Positions 48,163 to 59,147 of a stretch of 64,000 nt of DNA are shown in pieces; position 1 is the stretch's first letter, and each line of letters begins with the position of its first letter. Source of the DNA: Sedimentisphaerales bacterium (GTDB lineage Bacteria > Planctomycetota > Phycisphaerae > Sedimentisphaerales > SM23-30); assembly GCA_963663965.2 (NCBI GenBank), contig CAXXFK010000041.1, positions 43,723 through 107,722 of the forward strand, given 5' to 3'. A model generated the notes under the pieces. That model did not search any database, was not told the origin of the DNA, and saw nothing but the letters and a program-made list of their open reading frames with translations. The position numbers were made by a program, and so were the translations under genes.

Positions 48163-51100
48163 TCAGAAGGGCATGATTTCAAGGTTACGGAAGAATACCA
48201 CATCGCCGTGGCCGAGGAATCCGATATGCCCGGATTTGTTTTTGAGTCCGGGATGATCATTGCCATCTTTGGCGCCTTTTTCAATCGATTCGGTGATATC
48301 GGCATCCAGAATGGTCGTCCCGTTGAGGATGACTTTGATTTTGTTGCCGCGCGCAATCACTTCCTGGCTATTCCATTCACCGACAGGCTTTTGGAAGCCA
48401 CGTTTGGCCGGTATTGTGCCGTAGATGGAACCGTGATACTGGTATTCTTTAAGGTTGGCATATTTTTCGGCGGAATTGTCGAGAATTTGCAACTCCATAC
48501 CGGCATAGGCGGCATCACCGGACAGGGGGGCACGGATGCCCAGGCCATTATTGGCGCCGGGGGTCAGCTTGAATTCAAATTTCAAGTGGAAATCGCCGAA
48601 CTCATTGGCGGTGTATAAATTATGGCCCGCCCCGGCAGACAATCGCGCCGTCTTCGATTTTGTAACCATTGGTGTCGCCAATCCAGCCATCCAGGTTGCT
48701 GCCATTGAACAGGGTGTGCCATTCGCCCGGCCTAGGCAGTTCACGAATAAAAATATTGCGGAATTCAACCGGATTGCCGTGGCACTGTAATTCAATTTGT
48801 TCAGAGTCAAATATGGGTTGTGACCGATCCCAGTAGTTTTCCATAATGACGTTGTCCACGACCAACTGGTCATTCAACCATACCCAGACCCTTTCGCCTA
48901 CCATACGGATAAAGAAGGTGTTCCACTGGCCGGCAGGATGGTCGGCAATCGCCGTGGGATTACTGGGGTTGATCTTGTTGTTATACAAGCCGCCAGAACC
49001 GATTTTCCATTGTTCGGGATCCCAGATTTGTACTTGTGGTGAGCCACGCAGGTAGATGCCGCTGTCGCCACGTGACTGAATTTTCCAGTCTACATACATT
49101 TCGACGTCACGATAATTTTTGATGGTTGCCAGACTATGGCCTTTGCCATCGAAATAAAGGATGCCATCCTGGGCTTTCCAGTGTTGGCGCATATCTTCAT
49201 CGGCCCGGGCCTGTTCGGCCTTGAGCTGTTCCGGCGAAAGCGCGGCCCGTTTGATGGGATTATCATTCGGGCCAAACAGCAGCCCTTTCCAACCGGTCAG
49301 ATCTTTGCCGTTTTGAACAAAGCGGTGAATCCCGGAGGAGGCTCGCGCAATCCCGCTTGATTATCTACGACTGGATCTGGCGGGGGAGCCGGTCCATCTC
49401 CCTGGGTGAAAACTTTTAATTCTACGATATGGACGGCTTCATTGGCGCTGTTTTTCAGGATATTGACGCGAACGTAGCGGACAGCTACCGGATTGAATTT
49501 GAGCAATTCACCCGCCGGGGTGGCCGGCTGGGTAGTCTGACTGCGATCCGCTACGGTTTGCCAGTTCAGGCCGTCTTTGGAGACTTCCAGATTATATTGA
49601 TAATAGCGGTTGCCATCCCAATAGAAGAATATCTGAGCCGTGTCTATAGTTACGGTCTGTTGCAGATCGACTTGCAGCCAGCTGGGCCAGGCAGCGCCCC
49701 AGTAGGCCAGTTCGCGATCGGTTTTACCATCCACAGCATAACTCGCCAGATGGTCGCCCTGATGGGCAACGGAAATCGTTACCGGCCGATTGAGCGCGAC
49801 ATTTCCATTTGCAGGCAGGTTAATCAGTGTCAGATGCTGATTGATCGCTTCCTGCACTTTGGCATCATCGGTTTTTGACAGGGCTTTTTTCAGGATGGCG
49901 ACAGTTTCTGGACCGGTCAGCCCCTGTTGATTTTTCTCAGATGGGCAGGCAATGGCCACAATAACCCGGACTGCTTCAGTCTGCAGAGCGGTGTCATCAA
50001 GGCAGCCGGCAGCCAACTTGAGAGTTTCAATGGAGGGCATCTCAGCCAGGGCGGTCAGGGCCAGTTTCTTTTCATCTGGACGCGGGGCTGAGTTTAATAA
50101 AGTAGAATAGGCGGATACTTTTTGAGCATTCGCTTTAGTTTCCCCTAATAATGTGAGGCACTGCCGGAATGCCAGAACACGATAGGTCAGGTTGCTATCC
50201 TGCTGAACGATTTTCAGCAGGGCTGGAATCCCCGATGCATCGGACCATTTGGCCAGCGCCCGAACAGCGGCGTCCCTGGCTTTATCGTTACTGCTGGTAG
50301 TTTGACGGATCAGTTCATCCAACGCTTTTTGGCCGCCCAGTTGTCCCAGCGCAGTCAGAAGCATTCGAGTCTGGTCATCATTGGCGCCGGATAATCTGGC
50401 TAGAAGCATTTCGGCAATTTTATCGGTATTATCCAGGGCACCGGCGACGGCCACGACGGCCTGGCCGGCCGCGGTCTGTTCCGAGTTGGAATCGCATCGC
50501 ATCAGGGTATCGACCAGAACTGGCAATTTTTCCACGGGCGCCATGCGGCCCAGGACGCGCCAAGCGTTGACCCGGACGTTCCGGTCATCATCCTGAGTCC
50601 GTTTTAGAATAATATCAAATGCCAGCGGTTCCGGCCGCATGGCCATGCCTTCCAAACAGGCGCTTCGAACCGTTGGTTTCATGGTGTCCAGTGCCTGGGC
50701 GATACGTTCAAGAATCACAGCTCCTTTTAAATGCATCATTGCGAGAACGCCGGCTTCCAGTTCCTTTTTATCCTGGGTATCCATGGCCAATCTGATGAGA
50801 GGGGCGATCGCCTGATCACCACCCAGTTTCGCGACCGTATCGATTGCGGCGATTCGAACGGCCAGTTCAGAATCGTTCAGTGTTTGAATGATGGCCGGCA
50901 GCGCGGCTTTGTCATTCCGTTTACCCAGCATGGTGACAATCTTCGTACGGAGATCGGGATTCACTTCTTTGAGGACTGCGGTCCATCGCTGAGTGGCATT
51001 GGGGCCTGGAATTTTGTCGGCCAGGGCAATGGCCTGGCATTGTAAATAGTAATTCTGGCTTTTCAGAGCTTTTATGAGGTCATCAAGAGCCGATGATTTA

Positions 51101-51975
51101 CCCGTTTCGACCAGGAGCGCCAGGGCTTCGCATGGGATATTGTTGACCACATCCGTTTTGGCCAGCAATTCTCGACATATGTTCAGGCAGCTGGTAGTAT
51201 CGCCGGCCTGTCCCAGGCGTTCAGCCAATAATAGATAAAACGCAGTAATCTGGGCTTTTTCATATCCACCGGCATCGGCCATCGGTTTTTTCAATAAAAC
51301 AACCGCTTGCTTATCTCCCATATTAGCCAAGGCCCGAATAGCCGTTAAGCGTAAATTTCTGTCGTTATCGCTAACAAAGGGTCGGATATTAGGAGCGGCG
51401 GAACTGACCTGCATTTGCCCCAGCGCCTGGATCAGGGTGATCCGGTTTTTTTCATCAGCACCAGCAAGCGCTTTCGATAAAGCAGGCCCGACATTATTCC
51501 CTCCAATTCTTAATAATGCCTGGGTTGCCGGTTCGCATAATTGGGCATCGTTCAGGAATTGGACCAGGGTATCAACCGATTCTGATTTTCCGGTGAGTTG
51601 CAGTTGCCGGATCAGGAATGCCTTGACTTCCTTGTCTGAGATCGTGTTCAGTTGCGTGCAGAGTGTTTTGGCGTACTCGCTTCGTAAGTTTTCAGAACCC
51701 GGCCGGTTGACATACATCGCCAGGCCATGCAGGGCATAGCGGATCCCGGTGTCATCACCAGATCCGGGCGGAACCAATTCGCCGCATAAAGACTGAATTC
51801 CCTCTGTCCCCAATTTTGTCAGTCCGGCCATGATTTCCTGTTCGATTTGAGCATTTTCAGCCGGAAGCTGGTCAACCAATTTTTTCAAAGCTGCCCTATC
51901 AACAGCAAACGAGTATGACATCATGAAAGTTGAGAAAACCAAACACAGAGAAAAAATATATTTTGCACACCTCAT
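48163..51975 (-). pseudogene. Secreted HEAT-repeat + F5/8 (CBM32-like) + 2x DUF1080 (3-keto-glycoside hydrolase-like) protein, two frameshifts (probably sequencing error)
   Basis: ORFs 49297..51990, 48620..49192 and 48163..48873 join at T4 49311-49314 (restoring LFNGKDLTGW) and at the C runs 48626-48633 (restoring ..HNLYTANEFGDF). DUF1080 motifs GDSGIYLRG, NNGLGIR, ELQILD and GHIGFLGH. GGAGA RBS before the ATG at 51975. Confidence 0.85.
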
Positions 51976-52030
51976 AGGGCTGATCTCCAATTTGAATATC
52001 TGTTCTTAACCTTATTCACTTGATCAAGAT

Positions 52031-53299
52031 TTAAAACTGCCAGGGGGCCCGCATCGGTTGATCGATCAGGCGATTAGCCTGTTCGTCGTTAATGAACACC
52101 TGCTTAACGGGATCAAACCGTAATGGCCGGCGTAATCGCAGGGCAATTTTACCCAGGTTGACTATGGTACAGGATCGGTGGCCATTTGACTCGTTTAAAG
52201 CGAATTTAGAACGTGTTCGTACCGCCTGCGAGAAATCAGTAACCTGGGGTTCTGGTTCAGGGAAGGCTTCCAGTTTTTTCATGAGGTTGGGGATATCGGA
52301 TTTGAATTCGCGATATAATTTGCCATTCGGGCCTTCAAGAAAGGCGGCGTCAGACATTTTATTTTCGCCATCCAGGATGATTTCACAGCCATCGGCGTAT
52401 TTGTAGCGAATCATACGCCAGGGTCCGACCGCGTCCGGATGCTGTTGAGCGGTATCCGCTTCGATTTCAACCGGGCTGGTATCATCTTTGCCCATCAGAT
52501 ACTGGACCGGATCCAGATAATGCTGGCCCATGTCACCCAGACCGCCACCATCATAGTCCCAATAGCCTCTGAACGTTGCGTGGGTCCGGTGTACATGATA
52601 GGGTTTGCAGGGCGCCGGTCCCAGCCACATATCGTAATCGAGTTCTGCCGGGATGGGTTGGGGGGTCAGATTGGTCAGGCCGCTCCATTGATGTTTCCAG
52701 TTAAACCCGGTAACCCCGCTGATCGTGGCTTTTAAGGGCCAGCCCAACATGCCGGAGTCCACGAGTTTTTTGATGGGGCGAACCGAGGTGCCGAATCCGT
52801 AGAACATCCCATCAAATCGGAACCAGGTATTCAAACGGAATATCCGTCCGTTACGCTGAACAGCCTCGACGACTTTTTTCCCTTCGCCGATGGTGCGGGT
52901 CATCGGTTTTTCGCACCAGATATCTTTACCGGCATTGGCCGCGGCTACTGAAATAGCCCCATGCCAGTGAGGAGGGGTGGGGATGTGTACAATGTCAATA
53001 TCGGGCCGGTCTAAAACCTCTCGATAATCGGTGTATCCCTTTACCTCCGGACCGCATTTCTTAAGCGTGCTGGTCAGATGGGATTTATCCACATCGCAAA
53101 TCGCCAGCAAACGGGCGCCGGCATAGCTCAGATGGCCCTGCCCCATACCGCCGACCCCGATTACTGCCTTGGTCAATTGTTCACTTGGAGCCAGTATTCC
53201 CTGACCTCCAAGTACATGGCGCGGAATAATATAGAACGAAGCAAAAGCGCCCGCAGCCATTTTACCAAAATTCCGCCTGGATATCTTTGTTTTTGTCAT
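52031..53299 (-). CDS. Tat-exported Gfo/Idh/MocA-family oxidoreductase
   Basis: SRRNF twin-arginine signal, IGVGGMG, TPPHWH, WCEKPM, DMWLGPAP and GLGDMGQH motifs. Confidence 0.92.
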   Translation of the reverse strand: MTKTKISRRNFGKMAAGAFASFYIIPRHVLGGQGILAPSEQLTKAVIGVGGMGQGHLSYAGARLLAICDVDKSHLTSTLKKCGPEVKGYTDYREVLDRPDIDIVHIPTPPHWHGAISVAAANAGKDIWCEKPMTRTIGEGKKVVEAVQRNGRIFRLNTWFRFDGMFYGFGTSVRPIKKLVDSGMLGWPLKATISGVTGFNWKHQWSGLTNLTPQPIPAELDYDMWLGPAPCKPYHVHRTHATFRGYWDYDGGGLGDMGQHYLDPVQYLMGKDDTSPVEIEADTAQQHPDAVGPWRMIRYKYADGCEIILDGENKMSDAAFLEGPNGKLYREFKSDIPNLMKKLEAFPEPEPQVTDFSQAVRTRSKFALNESNGHRSCTIVNLGKIALRLRRPLRFDPVKQVFINDEQANRLIDQPMRAPWQF

Positions 53300-53626
53300 A
53301 ACATCATCCCATCAATTCGGTTATTTCAGTTTAAACTCACTTGGATCTACCAATATAAACAATAAACACATTCTGGCCAGTATTTATTGAATAAAAATGT
53401 AACTAAAGGGAAAATAATTACTTACCAGAATTTAATGCAAAATAGCAATTTCTGGTAATCAAAGCATTTTAAGACCCATTACCTATGAAAGAAGAAGAGT
53501 GATGACCTGATGAAACATATGGCAAACCCAGGGTGGTCAAGCCGCAACCCAAAATGAGCTTGTGATGTTAAGATTAACCATGAATCGCTCAAATAAAGAA
53601 ACACAAATCAACACCCATATAAAAAA

Positions 53627-54951
53627 GGTTCTTCCGAAAAATGAGTAGTTAATGTTGCAAAAAGAGAGACATGACTTTACTGTTTGAGGAAAAAAATAAA
53701 ACCTCATATTAGGAGCTAAAGTCATGTCCACAAGTATGTTGTATCATACTTTTGGTGTTCGAGGTGTTCAATACCAAAAGACAGAATATTTTTGCGGGCA
53801 AGAGCGTGATTCACGGCATCTTGCCGGCGGATAGTCTGCGTTGCCCTTGTTGTAACTCCCGTAATTTCATTTACTTCGGTCACAAGGCCCGGAGGTTTGC
53901 CATGGTACCTGCCGGTCTGCGTCAAATGGAGTTGCTTGTCACTATTCCCCGATTGAAATGTCAGGCGTGCGGGGCCATTCGTCAGCCTCATCTGCCATTT
54001 GCCGACCCCAAGAAGCATTACACCCATGCGTTGGAACGGTATGTCATCGATTTATGTCAGGCGGCTTCCCTGCAAGAGGTGGCCCGACGGACCGGCTTAA
54101 GCTGGGATACCATCAAATCGATTCATAAGTCCTGGCTAGGTCGACGGTACCGAAAGATTTCCCTGAAAAAGGTTCGTTATCTGGGGATTGACGAATTGTA
54201 TCTGGGCAGGAAAAGCAAATACATCTCGCTGGTAACCGACCTGGAAAGCGGTCAAATTTTGCATATCGGCCAGGGCAAAGGCCAAGAGGCCCTGGTGGGA
54301 TTCTGGGGGCGTGTCCGACGCAGCCGGGCGGTGATTGCCGCGGTGGCTACCGATATGGCCAGTGGTTTTATGACCAGTGTCCTGAAAGAACTGCCGCAAG
54401 CCAAACTGGTGCTGGACCATTTTCATCTGGTCAAATGGTTTAACGACAAACTGACCAGTTTACGCCGGGATTTGTACCGGGAGGCCGATACCATGGGCAA
54501 AGCGGTACTTAAAGGCAGCCGCTGGCTGCTGCTCAAAGCGCCGGAGAACCTTAAATCCCATGCCGATAGCGCCAAAGATGAACGGCACCGGTTGCAGGAG
54601 GCTCTGCAACTCAACCAGCCGCTGGCCACCGCCTATTACATGAAAGAACGGCTCCGTCTCCTTTTTGATGCGATCACGGCTCCGCTGGCTGAACAGGAAC
54701 TTAAACGCTGGATCAGCCAGGCGCAAACCAGCGGGATTCGGATCCTGCTGGATGCCGCCAAACAACTGCAACTCTGGAAACCCTTCCTGCTCAATTGGTA
54801 TGACCATCCCATCAGCACCAGCAAAGTCGAAGTCAATAACCGTAAAATCGGCCTCCTGCAACGAATGGCTCATGGCTACCGCGATCAGGAATACTTCTAT
54901 CTCCGGATCCATCATATCCATAACCAAAACTACTCATTAACCGGATGAGCC
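53627..54951 (+). mobile_element. Complete ISL3-family insertion sequence (1325 bp)
   Basis: Imperfect terminal inverted repeats GGTTCTTCCGAAAAATGAGTAGTT and (reverse complement) GGCTCATCCGGTTAATGAGTAGTT. The 8-bp target duplication ATAAAAAA is at 53619-53626 and 54952-54959. Confidence 0.93.
53724..54948 (+). pseudogene. ISL3-family transposase (one frameshift near the 5' end)
   Basis: AGGAG RBS then MSTSMLYHTFGVRG. Removing one T from T5 (53789-53793) joins it to the zinc-finger CPCC..CQAC and the DDE motifs GIDE, ATDM, LDHFH and EVNNRKI..R.AHGYRD. Confidence 0.9.
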
Positions 54952-55376
54952 ATAAAAAAGACTAAAAGGCGAAAAGACTTAAAGATGAAAAACGGGGGGT
55001 GGTTTGAAGCTGGATTGACCCTGGAACTTCGGTTTCGATAGTAAGCGTGGTAACTCTATGTCAAATAGGCACTAATAAAATAAGTAAAGAAAAACATTCA
55101 AAAAAACAAAGAGTTGAAGGATTGTCGTACAAAACATGGCGGTATACAGAATATATTGTTCCAATACGATCGTCTTTAAACAGATTTTGGTTCTTATACT
55201 TAGGTTTTGACACTGAATAACAAAAGGATTCTGTCAATAAAGCTCAATTGATGAAAAATTATAAGAAGGCTGCTGGGCCGCCCTTGTCGGAAAGGTTTCA
55301 GATTCAATGCAGCAATCAACTCACTGAATTTGGACCGGATAGTTCAATTAAAGAAACAAAAACCTGGGAACGGGTA

Positions 55377-55658
55377 TTATCCGAAGCGATAATGTTTGTT
55401 AACGGCTTTATTAACATACCAGATACATTGGAATCCGGCGGGAAAGATAACCAGGTCACCCGGGCCGAAGCTGACAGAATGGCCCTGGTCAGGACGGTCA
55501 GATACTGATACTTCTCCTTCGATGATAAGGCAGGTTTCCATTTCGTCGTAATCCCAGTCAAACTGACTGGGCCGGCATTGCCAGGTGGGCCACTGCCGGC
55601 AGGTCTGGATTTCTTCAGGACTCGGCTTGCGAACGATCACATCTTTTACGGTGGGCAT
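55377..55658 (-). CDS. Cupin-domain protein (EutQ/DUF861-like)
   Basis: WPTWQC.PSQFDWDY..ETCLIIEGEV..FGPGDLVIFPAG..C.W.V..KHY. Confidence 0.85.
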   Translation of the reverse strand: MPTVKDVIVRKPSPEEIQTCRQWPTWQCRPSQFDWDYDEMETCLIIEGEVSVSDRPDQGHSVSFGPGDLVIFPAGFQCIWYVNKAVNKHYRFG

Positions 55659-55661
55659 AAG

Positions 55662-57017
55662 TCAATCCTCTTTGAGCGCGTTAACCTGTTTCACATAGGC
55701 ATCGGCATCAAACTTGCGTCTTAATCCATTTTCATTCATATACCTCAGACAGCCAATCACTGGCCGGTTGACCCATGGGCGGTCGTGCTTGCCAAAACAC
55801 CATGCGACGCCAGTATAGCCGTTGGGATCCCGTCCGTCCAGTTCATATTTGTCGTTCAGCTGAATGGCGGTTTCAAACGCAATTCGCGGCGACCGGGACC
55901 ATTCGATGATTTTCTTGCCCCAATACATGCGCATATATCCGTGCATTTTACCCGCGAATCTCATTTCATTCTGGGCGGCATTCCAGTAGGGATCATGAGT
56001 CTGAGCCTGCTCGAGTTGATCGAAAGAATAGAGGTAAGGTCTGGTATCTTTGGCATGTTCTTTAAGCGTGGCGCGCGCCCAGGCCGGCAGCGATTGAAAC
56101 GAATCGTATTTGGGATTGAAATGGACATAATTGACTGACAATTCCCGTCGAACGATGAGTTCCTCCAGAAAGGTATTAGCGCTGTTCTGGCCTGATCGAA
56201 TGGCTTCCAGAGCGACATGCAGAGGGGAGATATGGCCGAAATGCAGATAGGGGCTGAGTTCGGAGCAACCATTTTTAGCCGGATCGTTCCGATCCATTTC
56301 ATAGCGAGACAGTTTGTGGTTCAAGAAGTCCGCCAACCGGGCAAGCGCATGCGAGGTACCGCCGTGATATTTCGGGACTGGTTTTACCGAACGATCAATA
56401 TTCATGGCGTTCAAAAGATCCTCCACGGTATCCCAGTTCTGTTCATCGGGCCCGAGATTTAATGAACTTTTCCTTGGGGAGTGTTCTTCAAGCGGAACAA
56501 GGAAATTGTCGAGTTGAGCCTGAATTTTTGGCCTGATTGTGCGTGCGGCGTACTCTTCATGGTGGGAAACAGAATCGACCGGGAAAATGACATCCGATTC
56601 GACTTGAATCAGGGGGCATGGCAGCCGGCCGGCGGCGTCCTGGCGCCAAAATTTCTGTTGCCGGGTATAACCGCGATCCGTGACGACCAAAGCCGCATTC
56701 TCAGCCAGTTTAACAACGGCGTCAACCGGATCCGCGAGTTTGATGATAAAACGAATATTTCGATCTTTCAGTGCCTGCCGCAGTTCGATCAGACCTTCAA
56801 GCATAAAATGATAGTGTCGGTAATTGGCGCCGGGGTAGTTACCGGTAAGTCCGAAACCAACCATTATCGGAAGGCCAAGATCGTTAGCCTGACGAATCGC
56901 GTATTGCAGGGCATGATTGCAATGCACACGTTGCGAGGCTTGCATCCAGTAGAGCAGGTAGTCTCCTTTGGCCGGATCGCCTGGATTCAGGATGCGTAAT
57001 CTTTCGTTATGGATCAT
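55662..57017 (-). CDS. phr: Deoxyribodipyrimidine photolyase (class II CPD photolyase)
   Basis: YWMQASQR..NHAL, EYAARTIRPKI, SELSPYLHFGHIS, EELIVRRELS, KMHGYMRMYWGKK, DGRDPNG and RYMN motifs. Confidence 0.93.
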   Translation of the reverse strand: MIHNERLRILNPGDPAKGDYLLYWMQASQRVHCNHALQYAIRQANDLGLPIMVGFGLTGNYPGANYRHYHFMLEGLIELRQALKDRNIRFIIKLADPVDAVVKLAENAALVVTDRGYTRQQKFWRQDAAGRLPCPLIQVESDVIFPVDSVSHHEEYAARTIRPKIQAQLDNFLVPLEEHSPRKSSLNLGPDEQNWDTVEDLLNAMNIDRSVKPVPKYHGGTSHALARLADFLNHKLSRYEMDRNDPAKNGCSELSPYLHFGHISPLHVALEAIRSGQNSANTFLEELIVRRELSVNYVHFNPKYDSFQSLPAWARATLKEHAKDTRPYLYSFDQLEQAQTHDPYWNAAQNEMRFAGKMHGYMRMYWGKKIIEWSRSPRIAFETAIQLNDKYELDGRDPNGYTGVAWCFGKHDRPWVNRPVIGCLRYMNENGLRRKFDADAYVKQVNALKED

Positions 57018-57020
57018 TGT

Positions 57021-57959
57021 TTACCTTACTAAAAAATTGGGCATCAAATTGTCCACAGCCTCGGTCATGGCCGGGAATTTAAAGTGAAAATTATCCTTCA
57101 GTAATCGTTGAGGGATGATATATTGATTGGCAAAAAGCACTTCATCCGTCATGGCGCCTAGAATTAAACGAATCCAGGGAGCCGGCACCTTTGGAATAAA
57201 ATGAAATCGGGTAAATCGGGTTAGATAGAAATAAAGTTCCTTTACCGTTAATGGCTCAGGGGATACCAGATTATAAAACCCTTCACTGAGAGGCTGGTCA
57301 ATAAAGTATCGAATGGCATTGACCAGATCCTGATCGTGAATCCAGGAAATTCGATTGGAACCGGAACCGGGCATCATCAGGAAAAAGGGAAATCCAGGTC
57401 CTAACGCCCGGGCCAGAAAACCGCCGGATTCTCCCAGAACCACTCCCAGACGCATAATGATCCGGCGTGTGGAAGATTGAAGGAGCGGCATTGAGGCTTC
57501 TTCCCATAAACGACAGACTTCGGCCAGGAATCCCGGGCCCTGAGGATGCGTTTCATCCGTTGGGTCTATGGCCTGTGGGCCGTAAAAGCCAATCGCCGAG
57601 GCTTGCAGATATAATGACGGCGGTTGGCTTAACTGGATCAATCCTTCAACGAGACGGCGCGTGAAATCAATTCGGCTTTTCTGAATCCGATCCCGGTTAG
57701 CCTTATTCCATCGACACAGGATGGAATAACCGGCTAAATTAATGACTATGCTTTCGGGTGGAACGATTGCCGCCAATGCAGAGATATCCAGACCGTCCCA
57801 TTGCGCAATATGGGCGCAAGGAGGATCCTGAGAAAATTTGCGGGTTGAGCGAGTTACAATCGAAATCTGGAAGTCCTCGTTTAGCGTTTTACACAGACAA
57901 CTACCAATAAATCCGGAACCACCGAATATGATAATGTTTTTTCTTTTATTAAGTGCCAT
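57021..57959 (-). CDS. TIGR01777 (YfcH-like) NAD-dependent epimerase family protein
   Basis: GGSGFIG, INLAG, ASAIGFYG, GFLAEVCRLWE, RLGVVL and SWIH motifs. Confidence 0.88.
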   Translation of the reverse strand: MALNKRKNIIIFGGSGFIGSCLCKTLNEDFQISIVTRSTRKFSQDPPCAHIAQWDGLDISALAAIVPPESIVINLAGYSILCRWNKANRDRIQKSRIDFTRRLVEGLIQLSQPPSLYLQASAIGFYGPQAIDPTDETHPQGPGFLAEVCRLWEEASMPLLQSSTRRIIMRLGVVLGESGGFLARALGPGFPFFLMMPGSGSNRISWIHDQDLVNAIRYFIDQPLSEGFYNLVSPEPLTVKELYFYLTRFTRFHFIPKVPAPWIRLILGAMTDEVLFANQYIIPQRLLKDNFHFKFPAMTEAVDNLMPNFLVR

Positions 57960-58044
57960 ATTGAGAAAGGTAGTAACGCGATAAATTAATTAATTTTGAT
58001 TATTATATGTATTGATATTATGATAAGGCAAATCCAGTGATGAC

Positions 58045-59130
58045 ATGAAAATAACAAAAAATAAAAAAGAACGAATACATCATTGCTTATTAATCTGGTA
58101 TGATCAACATGCCAGAGAGTTGCCATGGCGGGAAAACCGGAATCCCTATCGAGTCTGGGTATCCGAGATTATGCTCCAGCAGACTCAGGTTGTGACAGTA
58201 GTTCCTTATTTTCAGAGGTTTATGGAGAAGTTTCCGGATGTGGCCAAACTGGCGTCGAGTCAGTTAGAAGAAGTATACAAAATCTGGCAGGGTCTGGGTT
58301 ATTACAGCAGAGCACGACATTTACATCAGGCTGCCAAACAGATTGTAAATAAATTTTCAAATCAACTTCCTGATAATTTTCCGGATTTGTTGTCCTTACC
58401 CGGAATTGGCCGTTACACAGCCGGAGCCATCCTCAGTATCGCCTATGATCAGCCTACTGCAATCCTGGACGGAAATGTTATAAGAGTTTTATGTCGTTTG
58501 TTTCAAATCGAGGAAGAACCGGCGTCGTCCCAGGTGCGCAACCGCCTTTGGGGGATCAGTGAGGAGCTGGTATGCCGGGAAAGACCGGGAGATTTTAATC
58601 AGGCCCTGATGGAATTGGGGGCGATGGTCTGCACTCCCAAGCAGCCTGGGTGTCAGGAATGTCCTTTACAATCTATTTGCCGGGCAAAAAAGTCAAACAA
58701 CCAGGGACGGCTGCCGGTCAAAAGGGTCAAAACGAAGGTTCCGCATTATACGATTGGAATTGGGGTCATTCAGAAGGGGAACCGGGTTCTGATCGGCCAA
58801 CGGCTACCGGATGGTTTGCTGGGCGGGCTCTGGGAGTTTCCGGGCGGCAAACAGGAAGCTGAAGAATCGATAGAACAAACGATTGTAAGGGAATGTAATG
58901 AAGAGATGGGGATAGAAATCAAGCCAACTGAGTATTTGATGACCGTCAAGCATGCCTACTCTCATTTTCGGGTCACGTTAATCGTATGGATCTGCCGCCA
59001 TATCAAAGGCCGCGCCCGCCCCCTGGGGTGTCAACAATGCCGCTGGATTGCGCTTGGCCAACTGGGAGAATATCCTTTTCCAACCGCAAACCGGAAAATC
59101 ATCGACAGACTGCTGTCGCCGGCGGATTAA
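58045..59130 (+). CDS. mutY: A/G-specific adenine glycosylase with C-terminal Nudix domain
   Basis: LPWR, VWVSEIMLQQTQV, WQGLGYYSRAR, LPGIGRYTAGAI, DGNVIRV and the Fe-S motif CTPKQPGCQECPLQSIC. Confidence 0.96.
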   Translation: MKITKNKKERIHHCLLIWYDQHARELPWRENRNPYRVWVSEIMLQQTQVVTVVPYFQRFMEKFPDVAKLASSQLEEVYKIWQGLGYYSRARHLHQAAKQIVNKFSNQLPDNFPDLLSLPGIGRYTAGAILSIAYDQPTAILDGNVIRVLCRLFQIEEEPASSQVRNRLWGISEELVCRERPGDFNQALMELGAMVCTPKQPGCQECPLQSICRAKKSNNQGRLPVKRVKTKVPHYTIGIGVIQKGNRVLIGQRLPDGLLGGLWEFPGGKQEAEESIEQTIVRECNEEMGIEIKPTEYLMTVKHAYSHFRVTLIVWICRHIKGRARPLGCQQCRWIALGQLGEYPFPTANRKIIDRLLSPAD

Positions 59131-59147
59131 AACAAAACGTTTTTCAA

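Noticed and set aside
53422..53458. Inverted repeat TTACCAGAA-N19-TTCTGGTAA upstream of the Gfo gene
   Set aside because: It could be an operator or hairpin, but there is no regulator nearby and no second copy to support a call.
54960..55300. tRNA or small RNA right of the IS
   Set aside because: No cloverleaf or T-loop consensus could be built. It is A-rich intergenic sequence.
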